The notes under the pieces were generated by a model that was not told the origin of the DNA, did no database searches, and saw only the letters and a program-made list of their open reading frames with translations. Positions 41,069 to 53,695 of a stretch of 64,000 bases of DNA are shown one piece after another. The position numbers and the translations under genes are program-made. The DNA lies in NCBI GenBank assembly GCA_951406725.2, contig OX597818.1:74028001-74092000 (forward strand). The letters are read 5' to 3'. Every line of letters starts with the position of its first letter. The first letter of the stretch is position 1. This stretch comes from Octopus vulgaris. Its lineage: Eukaryota.

Positions 41069-41293
41069 TATACGAAGTAGAGACTAGCTGTCATATCGGC
41101 ATGTTGATACTCGACACGAATCATTATGATACAGGTAATCTCTCCTAAAATCCAGTCCTACTTGTCAGCTAACATCTTAATTACAACTTTAAGCAATACG
41201 TTATGCAACGCCATTTACTGTCACCGTTATGACAAGTTGCACCTGAAAAAGTGATGTAAGAATCAAATTTATTGAATAAACTATGTGTGCGTG

Positions 41294-41356
<63 letters not shown>

Positions 41357-41367
41357 TTGTGTATCTA

Positions 41368-41480
41368 AGCGTGGCTGTATGGTGAGTCGCTTGCTTCTAA
41401 GCCACATGGTTCCGGGTTCGGTCCCACAGCATGGCTCCTTGAGCAAGAGTCTTCTTCTATATCTTTGGGCCAACCGATGT
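41368..41480 (+). mobile_element. SINE family A head
   Basis: gtggctgtatggtgag..gcttgcttc..gccacatggttccgggttcggtcccac. Confidence 0.8.
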
Positions 41481-42085
41481 CCTGTGAGTATGCGTGTTTG
41501 TCTTTAATTAATATCCTTGGTAAAAATACTTTTATTGAATGTCTGCATGGAATTTTATTTACACAAACTTTTTCTATGACCCTTTTGTATTTTTCGTAGC
41601 CTGCACACACACTTACACATAAATCCACATGCTGAAAAGCACTCACACGTATGTGCCTACGACTATGCGTGTTTGACGCAAATAGCAAAAGTCGAGATGA
41701 ATTGTGTATGCATCTAAATGTGTATATATTATTTTGTGTACACATTCAACCTACCCACGGGAATAATTTCTATATCAGTCTATAACATGAAGCGGAATAT
41801 ATTTTATTGACCAGGAAATGGGGCTTCTCAGCAATGAAGAATCATTTTCTTCAAGTAAATATTCTGTACATCTCCTGACACTAACCCATTAAACCAACAG
41901 CCACAGATGTAACAACTTTACTCTATGTATAAAACTTATACATATATAAAAAGAAACAGAAATTCTCCGCATGTAGCTGTGATATTTTGTTGACATCTTC
42001 TTCGTGGAGATACGTGCTCCTCTTTTTAAAATTTATATACTATTAAGGAACAGCTATGTACATGTACACACATATACGCATGTGA

Positions 42086-42144
<59 letters not shown>

Positions 42145-42299
42145 TAGGCGTGACAAGTGTCTTCTACTTATAACCTCGTGCCGACCAAGCACTTGCGAGC
42201 GGATTTGGTACATGGAGGCTGAAAGAAACCTGTCGTATTATATATATATATATATATATAGATAGAGAGAGAGAGAGAGGGGCGGGAGAGAGAGAGTGA

Positions 42300-42432
42300 T
42301 TGTATACTGTCAACTTAACGTGACAGTCCTGTAAGGGAATTACATCACCGCTGTTTAGCCCTAGGAAGCATCGACGCTTCCTGTCAGCCTTGACACATTT
42401 CCTGTGTCCTTCGTTAAGTTGACAGTATACAA
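42300..42432. mobile_element. 133-bp element with perfect 21-bp terminal inverted repeats
   Basis: ttgtatactgtcaacttaacg ... cgttaagttgacagtatacaa. The interior ttagccctaggaagcatcg is related to the 13783 and 55705 elements. Confidence 0.75.
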
Positions 42433-42481
42433 CCACTCCCTTGCTCCACCACCGTACATATCTCTAAAAGATATTTAGAAA

Positions 42482-42525
<44 letters not shown>

Positions 42526-42740
42526 GTATGGATATGAAAAATAATAGGTATTTGTATATGTAAACATATATAGGTACATATGTGTGTATCTTTTACATGT
42601 TTCAGTCATTAGACGGCAACCATGCAGGGGCACTGCCTTGATGTGTGTGTATGAATATTTATATATAAATGTATGCATCAATATATATTTTTATATATGT
42701 GTGTGTATATACATTAATGCGTATCTATCTATCTGTCTAT

Positions 42741-42794
<54 letters not shown>

Positions 42795-43612
42795 CAGAGT
42801 TAGCGGTTGGAATAACCTTCTAAGGGATAAGAATATCCATTCTTATAACCAGTCTCATTTACTTACGTTATTCCTGGGTATGGGTATGCATGCACACTAT
42901 ACTCATAGGGTACAGGTAATAACTGAATAAACAAAAGTTTATTAGGAATCCAATTTAAATAAGCAGAAAATGGAGAAAACTGTTGATCAGCAAACAAATT
43001 GACCAACATCAGTTAATTATTTTATAATACAAAACTTAACATAACATTACATAACTTATCTTACGGCCGTTTCACCTGCCAATGCCAATTGATGCTTATA
43101 AAGGAAATTCCGAAAATAATATTCGCCATCTTTATAGCACATTCGATCTAGTACATAGAGCTTCATCCACTTTACACAGCAGTGTAATGTTATTGGATAT
43201 ACCAGTTTTACATATTAAACACATTCCTGGTTGCATAAGGAAATATCGTGTCCGTACAACTCATTACAATTTACGTACAAGCTTTCGTTGTTGGTATCTT
43301 TACATTCCCGTAACTCAGCGGAAAAAATACCGACAGAATGAGTACTACGCTTTAAAAGTGTCCTGAAGTCAGTTTCTTCGACTAAAACCACACGATAGGG
43401 CGTCCTTTAAGCTAGCTCCTGTAGAGGGTTTTCATTGGGCCTTCAGTACATATTAACGTTTATTAAACTTGACCAATATTTCTCAAGCAATGAAACAATT
43501 TCATCAAAACAATGATATAATCTGTCAACTAGGAGCATATTGCAAAACTGCATGATAAACAACATTTTTTTATCTTCCCATTCGAGAGTCAGTACAATAT
43601 TTTCTGTCTAAC

Positions 43613-43662
<50 letters not shown>

Positions 43663-44120
43663 GTTGTTTGTTTTCAACCATCACCAGTACCACCAGCATC
43701 AACACCACAACTGCCATACATACACACACCATTCAGACTTCTGACGCCACCACCATCAATACCTTAGACTTCACCGCCTTGCCCTCCACCACCATCACCA
43801 CTGTCTTTCACATTGCTTACTATCACCGTCAGCCCTGACTACCTCTGCTACCACCACCACCATCATCATCACCGTCGCCTCCACCTCTGTCATAACTACA
43901 GCTCATACTATTACTATCACCCCATTACCATCAATATTTTCAATCTACTACCGCCCTCACCGTATCTGTACCTACTATTACTCTTGCCCGAACATGATGA
44001 ATAGTAGAATTCTCATTGAATAGTGAGAGAGTGGGTCAAAGTGTGATACACTGACACAGAAATTCGTTTTGGCATTTATAATATATATGTATATATATGT
44101 GCGTGTGTGTGTGTGTGTGT

Positions 44121-44340
44121 AAAATACAGTGTACATTTAAACACATTAAGAAGTATCCATCATAGGGCTCCCTTACGCTAGAAGGGAATGAAAGAAATAG
44201 ATGGTAAATGTTTTTATTTTTCATTCCCTTCGAGATTTTATCCCTGATTAGTGGTTTGGACTTTAGCTGTTCCTTCTAGCGTAAGGGAGTCCTATGATGG
44301 ATACCTCTTAATGTGTTTAAATGTACGCTGTATTTTATAT
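44121..44340. repeat. Fold-back element (~65-bp inverted arms); a single-arm homologue lies at 48750-48870
   Basis: aaaatacagtgtacatttaaacacattaag..catagggctcccttacgctagaagg versus its reverse complement at 44272-44336. Confidence 0.8.
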
Positions 44341-45087
44341 GAATCATATATAGACTATTGACTAATTTTTCTATACGCTAGTCCACTGGTAGTAAAACTT
44401 TCCAAGATCTTTATTACCCTGATATTATTAATTATATATATATATATATATCTTTAATAGAAGAAAAGGAAAATGGAGATTGGGAAGTTAATTGTTTATT
44501 ATTAACAGCAAATTAATCATCTTCACTTACATCTATTTCAATGAATACTCAGTAAATATTAAGTAAATATTAAATTTATATTTACATAATCTGAGCATAG
44601 TATCATGAGAGGGAAAACCTATACCCTTTGATGTTTTATATGTGTTTATGGAATCATTATAGGAGACTGAATGATACGGTTTTTGATTTGTAGTTATATG
44701 TCCAGGTGAGGGGTTTACAAGTTGATTGGAGATAAGATAGAATTGGTAAACAGAATTTGAACAATAGATGAATAAATGAAACAAAGATGATAGAGGAAAT
44801 TTTAATATAAATAAGGTAAGGTAATTGTTAATAAAAGAATGGAATATTCGTTTATAAGATATAACTTTATGAAAATGTGTATATATGCAAGTACGCACGT
44901 ATACATATACATACATATATGTATCTGTACATTCATATATATATATACACAAAGGCACACGATTATACCTACACATATACATACATCTACAGGCACACAC
45001 ATATACGCGCATAGACGTATATGCGTATATATTCATATACAAGCGCAAATACATGAATATGTGCGTACACACGCACATGCATATATG

Positions 45088-45220
45088 CGTTTACTCTTTA
45101 CTTATCACCCCTAAAAAGAAGTTAATATAGATCCATATTGGTCAATTAGTTCCCATTGGTTATTGACCAACATGGATCTATATCAACTTCTTCTTAGGGG
45201 TGATAAGTAAAGAGTAAACG
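45088..45220. repeat. 59-bp inverted repeat with 15-nt spacer
   Basis: Arms 45088-45146 and 45162-45220, 3 mismatches. Confidence 0.92.
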
Positions 45221-45947
45221 TGTATATCTATATGTGTGTGTGTGTGTGTGCGTGTGTGAATGTTTGTGTATGTATTTGTATATACACACACACACACACA
45301 TATATCATATAACCTAGTGGTTTGGCAAAGAAGACCGATTGAATAAGTACCAGGCTTACAAATAATAAGCCAAGGAGTCAATTTTCTCGACTAAAAGGCG
45401 ATGTTTCAGCATGGCCACAGTGAAAATGACTGAAACAATTAAAAGAAGAAACGAACAAGAAATATATACGAACACACAACACTCTGACACACACACACAC
45501 ACACACACACACAGGTTATTGTACTTTGCATATGTACCACCATGTACAAACCGAAAGTTCAGTGGAGGGTCACGTAGGGCTTTATTCGAGTAGTGCATCA
45601 TGTATATATTTAAAAGAACCAATTTCACAGTGACATCGATGTTGCGTGTGTATGAGTGTGTGTGTATTTGTGCTTTCCATTCCTTTTTTAGTACGCTAGC
45701 GCTTCAGCGTGTACAAAGGAATTCTATCACTATGTTTCTTGTACTTTTATGGGAAACGCATTTACATAGATCTCCTTCTCTACATTCGTTTCTTCCTTCC
45801 ACTTTAAATTTAAGATTGTTTATACATCATTTGTGTATTTGAACGTAAATGAAAATACCTTCAGGCATAATACGTGTAATTACTGTGAAACTGCTTGCAC
45901 GCTAACATATAGAAACTCACGATAATGTACATATTACTATAAGCATC

Positions 45948-46048
<101 letters not shown>

Positions 46049-46285
46049 ACAGGGGGAGAGAGAGTGAGGGAAAGAGGGAAAAAGAGATGATGGTTTAATT
46101 TTTCTGTATGTAATGTATATAGATTTTTATGTATCTAGCTATAGATATACTTCTGTGTGTATATATTGTATAGATTCATGTATGTACACGTTTCTGTATA
46201 CTTTCTGTGTATCTTCCTGTTTGTATGTGCAAGTCTAATCACGTATGCATGCGTATGTACATTAATATATATAAGTTTGTCTCTC

Positions 46286-46395
<110 letters not shown>

Positions 46396-47260
46396 TGCAA
46401 AGTCGCAACTGGGACAATTGAGAAGACGATGCCTCTTGGTAAACAAGATGACTTTACCAATCCAATGCCATTAAAATTGATTGACTGGCAAGTTCCATTT
46501 TAAAAGAGACCGAAAAAAAATAACGACGGTAGCAAACGAACAGGTAGTCAAAACACATACACCACAAAATAAAAAGTAACAATTTTTATAAAGTACAAAT
46601 CTAGGGTCATGGGTTTTAAGTAGATCTTTGTTGTCATTTTCTGTACACTTACAATGAGCCTTTTTTTTTTCGCTTTATCTCTTCAGTCTATTAACTGAAC
46701 TCTACTCTGAGAGTAAACTAGGGCTCTTTACAATTGGTTTTTAAATAAGACAAAAGACGATGTATATGTATAAATATATATGTATATGTGTGTGTATGTG
46801 TGTATGTGTGTGTATGTGTGTGTGTGTATACCATTGCTAAAGAATTTAGTTGCATTATAAACGTGAAAGCGGTCCCATATCTTCTGAATTTTCGTTATCT
46901 GAGCGAGAGAGAGAAAACGAGGGACTTAAATAGTTTTTCCCTCTCCACAACATCAGTCTCCCTCACTCTCCTTTGTCTATCATATCTGTCTGTATGTCTC
47001 TCTCTACGCTTCTCTTTTCCTCTTTCTCTTCCTCACTCTCTCTTTGTCTCCTGTTCACTCTCCTCTATCGTTTAGTTTATTGTGTTGTTAAAGTAAAATT
47101 AGTTTTTTTCTTTACATATATATATATATATACGTTTTATTTTCTGATTTTTTGTTTCATCTTTATATCTAAGAGAATCGAAAAACGTCAGCAACACAAC
47201 GCAAAATAATCGATAAATCAATACATACATAGAAATATACATATCCGCATACATACATTT

Positions 47261-47318
<58 letters not shown>

Positions 47319-47430
47319 GTATATATACATACAAGCAGATGTGAATAGACTTAAATGCCCTATGTATGTATATATATATACATATATAAATTGATATATA
47401 TATATATATATGCATGTAAACATATAAATT

Positions 47431-47463
<33 letters not shown>

Positions 47464-47899
47464 TATATAGGTGTGTATGTGTGTATCTACGTAGGTTGGT
47501 ATGTAAGTATGCAGAAATGAATGTAGGTAAGAGTGTATGCATCTCCCAACCGATTACATTTAAGCGTCTTTATATGTGTAAATGAGCGCAAAAAGAACAA
47601 ATAGAGGAGGCAAAAGTTTACAGAAAGAGATCTGTTTAATGAGATGTAGGAATTGAAACAACATATAAACTAAGTGGTAACGACTTAATGCATAAAATAA
47701 CAAACACGTAGACAGCATTTTAAAATATTTCTCATTGTCATTAACGAGAATATTGATCTCAATTACTTGTTAATGAAGCACTGTCGAAATACTAATCAAG
47801 AATCTAACCAACCAGAAACTGTGTTGAGATATGTATACTTCTGCAATAAAAACTTTATATACATTACGCTTGTGTGTGATTGTGTGTGTGTTTATATAT

Positions 47900-47966
<67 letters not shown>

Positions 47967-47978
47967 TACATAATTCTA

Positions 47979-48022
<44 letters not shown>

Positions 48023-48061
48023 TAGAATTATGTATAATATTATATATATTTATATACATAT

Positions 48062-48372
48062 ATAAAAGAGGTGACGACCGAAATATTTCCAAGTCATGTC
48101 AGACATCCAGGTCCGCTAGTACAGTTCAAGTAAAGAATATATATATTTTTGTATATATAATATATTCTAGACTCGGATTGTACCGGCGGAATTGGATGTT
48201 TGACATCCCTTTCAGGGATTTCGGCCTTCACCTCTTTTATCATTGTTTTGCTATTACCGTAGTCTTGTGTTATTTGTTCAACTCGGTAGAATGGAAAAAA
48301 TTAATGGTCGATGTATCTATGAGGAATATTCCAATTCCATCTAAGAAGGAACTTCTGAAAGTCCTATTAATA
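48062..48372 (+). mobile_element. Probable PLE 5' end: long hairpin plus ORF start fragment
   Basis: ~180-nt imperfect inverted repeat, then ATG and the frameshifted peptide VSMRNIPIPSKKELLK, resembling the YSxKNIPIP N-terminus of some PLE ORFs (recalled, not searched). Confidence 0.5.
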
Positions 48373-48425
48373 TGACTACTGAATGAATTCAATTATATAC
48401 ATACATATATACATATATATCTATA

Positions 48426-48490
<65 letters not shown>

Positions 48491-48665
48491 AAAATATTAA
48501 AATTACTAAGTCTCTCTAAAAGAGAACAACGGCAGCGTTCCCGGAAAATATTAGTTATCGCCATACTAATATTTTATAAGAATGCCATATTAGTATGGCG
48601 ATAACTAATATATATATATATATATATACATACATACGTACATACATACATATATACATACATAC

Positions 48666-48711
<46 letters not shown>

Positions 48712-49014
48712 GTATATATATATATATATATATATATAAGTATAAACTTTTTTAATTTTTCATTCCCTTCGAGAATTGGACTGTAACTGTTCTTTCTAGC
48801 GTAAGTGATTCCTATGATGTAAGCCTCTTAATGAGTTTTAATGTACACTGTATTTTATATGAATTATATATATATATACATCAGCGTCACTGACACAACT
48901 ACATAATAATAACTTTATGTAAACTCTTGAATAGACATTCAGTAATTCTAGGAGCGTTAAGAATATTGATCACTGTGCAGATATCTAATGAAAAATTAAA
49001 TTAACACTTTTTGC

Positions 49015-49068
<54 letters not shown>

Positions 49069-49069
49069 T

Positions 49070-50040
49070 TAAATAAACTTAGATATGTTTCGACCAAAGA
49101 TTGGTCCAGGCCATGTCTAACTTAATAGCACCACCGGATAGGATTATTTGAATTCTGTTTAAGTCAAGTTTTGTTTAAGTCAAGTTTTGTTCAAGTAGTG
49201 AGTTCTTGTTGGGTGAGTTGTATCCAGTTTTGTTCAAGTAGTGAGTTCTTGTTGGGTGAGTTGTATCCAATTATGGGTGGCTTATCTGGTATTCTTTGAA
49301 GGAACCTATCCAGACTCTGTTTAAAGTTGATGGGATCCTTTTCCTCTTTGATCTCCCTCGGGACAATGTTAAATAGGGCAGGGCCTGTTGAGGAAAAGAA
49401 ATTATGTTGCAGTGTACATGTATGTTGTGATCTTGAATTGGGCAGGGGACGTATAGCCCGTGGTCCAAGTCTTGGATGAACCTTGAAGCTAATGTTTAGG
49501 TCGTTTGGGCAAAGTTGGCGGTATATTTTCCACATCGTACAAATGATGTACCGCTCACGGCGACGCTGGAGGGAGTAAAGTTTCAAGGCTTTAAGGCGAT
49601 CCCAATAATCGAGAGCAGCCATGCCTTCAATTTGTTTAGTGAGAGCCCTCTGGGGTGACTCAATTCTGGAGATGTTTTGTCTTGTGTGAGGAGACCACAG
49701 TGGGCAGCAGTATTCAAGGTGTGGCCGTACAAAGGAGGAAAAAAGTGGTATGATGACACCTTGTTCTCTGGACCGGAAAGTTCTTAAGATCCAGGAACTC
49801 ATCCTACGAGCTATATCGACCTTCTTGCTGATGTGTGCACTCCAACTGAGATCGTCATCAACAATTACACCCAGGTCTCTGATATTGTTAGAGGCTGTGA
49901 GCGGTTCCCCTGAAGGAAGAGAGTATGGTTGTTTTAGTGAGGAATTTCTTCCAAAATGCATCAGCTCAAATTTTCCCTCATTCAGTTGCATTTTGTTTCT
50001 GTCTGCCAATTGACTGACAGCATATAGATCAGACTGGAGT
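49070..50040 (-). mobile_element. CR1/L2-group LINE, 5'-truncated, young
   Basis: Open frame MQLNEGKF...IRDLGVIVDDDLSW..VRPHLEYCCPLWSPH..LKLYSLQRRRERY. 3'UTR stem-loop gaccaaagattggtc. Inserted between (TA)n tracts. Confidence 0.92.
49191..50009 (-). CDS. LINE ORF2 C-terminal fragment (RT thumb and downstream region), 272 aa
   Basis: ORF track, no stops. Confidence 0.8.
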   Translation of the reverse strand: MADRNKMQLNEGKFELMHFGRNSSLKQPYSLPSGEPLTASNNIRDLGVIVDDDLSWSAHISKKVDIARRMSSWILRTFRSREQGVIIPLFSSFVRPHLEYCCPLWSPHTRQNISRIESPQRALTKQIEGMAALDYWDRLKALKLYSLQRRRERYIICTMWKIYRQLCPNDLNISFKVHPRLGPRAIRPLPNSRSQHTCTLQHNFFSSTGPALFNIVPREIKEEKDPINFKQSLDRFLQRIPDKPPIIGYNSPNKNSLLEQNWIQLTQQELTT

Positions 50041-50356
50041 TATATATATATATATATATATATATATTAATATATATATATAAATTGTAAACATCAAAGA
50101 AGGGCAGCTTAAGTTATATATGTTATTATTATTTAAAATTTTTTATCAATGTTAAAGTCTTAGAGCTGTCTCTGCTTTAAAATTGCTTAATACTTTTTAA
50201 TAATAACATACGTGACTTGAGATATATTGCCTTGGTGTTTGTTATCCTATTTAACAAATTTATATCCGCTATATAGGAATTCTAAAATAACTCCTGCCTC
50301 GTTTACGAGCTTGAAATCCTCGTAATCCGTTTAGATCAACTGTGAACAAAGCCCCC

Positions 50357-50409
<53 letters not shown>

Positions 50410-50544
50410 GGGCTTTGTTCACAGTTGCATATATATATATGCATATGATGGAATCAGAGTCTGCCGGAGAATACGGTGTGTCAGATTTCGGTTTGTGCTG
50501 CACAGCCTATGCAAATGCTTTGTTTTGTAGTAATCAAATGTATG

Positions 50545-50730
50545 TGATGTACATTTGATCCCTTCCTCATTCAAATCGACGTTTCTCGCTATACTATACG
50601 TCAGGGCTCGAAGTGACAGTAGAGCATCTTGAGTTGAAGTGCTTTGCTCAAGAACACAACGCACCACCTGGTCTGGGAACTGAAATCATGATCGATAGAT
50701 CGCGTGTGCAACACACGAAACATGCGCCTT
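50545..50730 (-). mobile_element. SINE family C remnant
   Basis: gtgctttgctcaagaacacaacgcac is the reverse complement of the family C core. Confidence 0.7.
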
Positions 50731-50774
50731 CACACACAGACACGCAGAGACACAAACAAACGCCCACACACACA

Positions 50775-51120
50775 TAGGCGCAGGATTGACTGTGTGTTAA
50801 GAAGCTTGCTTACCAAGCACATGATTTGGGGTTCAGTCCTGCTGCATGACGCCGTGGGCAAGTGTCTTCTACTATAGCCTCGGGCCGACGAAAGACTTGT
50901 GAGTGGATTTGGTAGATGGAAAGTGAAAGCAGAACGTCGTGTGTATATATATATATAAGTATATTTATGTGTATATGACTTTGTGTCTGTGTTTGTCTCC
51001 GAAAGCTAGCAGTTCAGCAAAAGTTCCCGATAAAATAAATATTAGGCATACAAAGTCCTTGAGTCGATTTGTTCGACTAAATGCCAGTCAAATCACTGAC
51101 ACCAATAAAAGAATACAAGA
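50775..51120 (+). mobile_element. SINE family A
   Basis: aggcgcaggattgactgtgtg.taagaagcttgcttacc...gggcaagtgtcttctactatagcctcgggccgac. Confidence 0.85.
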
Positions 51121-51122
51121 AT

Positions 51123-51167
<45 letters not shown>

Positions 51168-51883
51168 CGAGACAGATGGGGTTATTTATTACAGCGTGTA
51201 AAATTTAGATTGAAAACCCTTTCCGCATTTTCTATCCAAGGTGATTTTACTATAATGTTTACACGTTATCTTGCAGAGTGTCCTCTGTATCTAATTTCAC
51301 CACTCCAAAAACCACATAAAGGCCTATGTGTATTTGTGAATAATGTTATCCTAATGGAAGTATACGCATTATTGGAGATACATTACAGCCGATTTTACTT
51401 ATCATTTTTTTTTGCCAGATATTATATAATGGGACGATTATCCCATAGAAAAGCACTTCCTCGACCATAGATATGAAAAACTGGCTAGTGCTCTCTGTTA
51501 ATGGAAGTGGTGAGATGACATATATTTTATAGGTGCTGTGATACATTCCTCTCTTACTTTTCACGACTTCGTTTCGTCTTTTTCACAGCACCTACAAACT
51601 AGATGTAACACTTCCTCCTCCTCCCTGCAATAGCAAAGAGCACTCACCCATTCTTTCTATACTTGCTGTTTGCCAAGAGTGTATTTATTAGATATTCGTC
51701 CGATTACTTGATTTCCGATGTGAAAGCGATTGCTAGGATTGACTGTAATGCATCTATAATACTCTGTACTTTGATTACGTACATATATGCATACATACAT
51801 CTATACATACATATGAATGTATATCTATATATATGTATATATATATATACATACATACATACATACATACATACATACATACA

Positions 51884-51913
<30 letters not shown>

Positions 51914-51914
<1 letters not shown>

Positions 51915-53044
51915 TAGGTCATCAAGTATGTTATTTGTAAAAATTAAAAAAGTTTGAAAATGTTTTATAAATACAAGAAATAGTTTTATTCATCAAATTA
52001 TGCACCCATATTGTCAATACACTTTTTTCCATTTCAGCGGTTGCTTGTCCAGTCCGTACTGTAAAAACCCGGCAGTCCAGAGTCAATAAAATCTTGAAAG
52101 GCCTGTTTTACATTATCGTCGGAATTAATTTCTTTTTCTTATCAAAATGTTATCCATATTCTGGAAGATGCGGTAGTCAATGGGGGCCAGATCAGGTGAG
52201 TATGGTGGATGATGGAGAACTTCCAACACCAACTCCTATAGTTTCGCCAATGTCATTTTTGCGATGTGTGGTCTGGTGTTGTCTTGGAAGAAAATAGGTG
52301 TCGATTTGTTGACTAATCTCGGCTCTTTTTTGTAAGTTTCTACATCATTTCGTCCAGTTGGCTGCAGTATACATCGGCCGTGATTGATGAGCCAGGTTTA
52401 ATAAAATCATAATGGATCACGCCTGTGCCAGACCACATTTTTGTGACGAGAAAGTTGCATAATGCAGACTTACAAACGCTGCTGGTTCTGATTTTCATTG
52501 AGTTCATGTTGAACCCACTTATCCAAATTTTTCACTTTACCGATTTGAACTATGTGAATCAATATTGTTTGTTCGCTAAAACCAAATAACAACGATAATT
52601 CACGGGCACTTTGAGATGGATCTGACACGATGCTAGCTTTCAGTTCGTCATTATCCACCTTTGTTTTCGGTCGACCACCTTGCTCATTTGTGAGGTCAAA
52701 GTTACCTGAACAAAATTTTGCAAACCAATTTGATTCTTTCTGCTATGTAATAACATTAGAATGAAATATTCCGTTAATATTCCGAGCTATCTGTGATACT
52801 GTATTTCCAAGAAAGAACTCATCTTTTAAAACTGCCCGAATTTCCAACTTATCCATCTCTAAAATAAATATCGAAATTGATTTATAAATACTTAATAAAG
52901 CGAAAAATAACTTAGAATAAAGAAATAGACGTATCAGCTTTCTAACAAAAAGTAAAGATTGCCAAAATACAATAATGGCGCAAAATAAGCAGCTATTTAA
53001 ACTTACCATATACCTCATTACAAATTTCTTACTAGAAGAACTAA
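51914..53044 (-). mobile_element. mariner transposon with both TIRs and TA flanks; transposase pseudogene
   Basis: [11 protein letters not shown]..., DNDELKASIVSDPSQSARELS..., GKVKNLDKWVQHEL. ~27-bp degenerate TIRs ttaggtcatcaagtatgttatttgtaa and ttacaaatttcttactagaagaactaa. Confidence 0.9.
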
Positions 53045-53148
53045 TACATATATATTTATATATGTACATACATATGGATATATATATATACATGTTTATA
53101 TATATGTGTGTATATTTATAAGTTATATCTATCAACACACACACACAC

Positions 53149-53218
<70 letters not shown>

Positions 53219-53260
53219 GAGTAATGTAGTTCGCTTGAAGCATTGTGTAATGTTTGTAAA

Positions 53261-53520
53261 GAAGAAAATACTCTGAAATGACACAACAATACACTATAAT
53301 ACAAACAATGGACTATAATAACTATTATAATTTAATCGTCCATAGCCTGATATGATATTTCGGAATATAAACTCCTAGGGAGTTGGAGTTGGAAGTTCTC
53401 CATCATCCACCATTTATTCCGAAATATCATATCAGATTATGGATGATTAATTTACAACAGTTATTATAGTCCATTGTTTCTCTTACAGTGCATTGTTGTG
53501 TCATTCAAAATATTTTCTTC
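53261..53520. repeat. Fold-back with ~105-bp arms and a mariner-derived spacer
   Basis: Arms 53261-53367 and 53415-53520. Confidence 0.85.
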
Positions 53521-53535
53521 TTCTTTATATATATG

Positions 53536-53611
<76 letters not shown>

Positions 53612-53657
53612 AAGATATAGATAGATAGATAGATATATAGATAGATAGATAGATAGT

Positions 53658-53695
<38 letters not shown>

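Noticed and set aside
49080-49112. Hairpin + GAAAC-ATAT on the - strand resembling a hammerhead 3' half
   Set aside because: No CUGANGA core; position fits the ordinary LINE 3'UTR stem-loop
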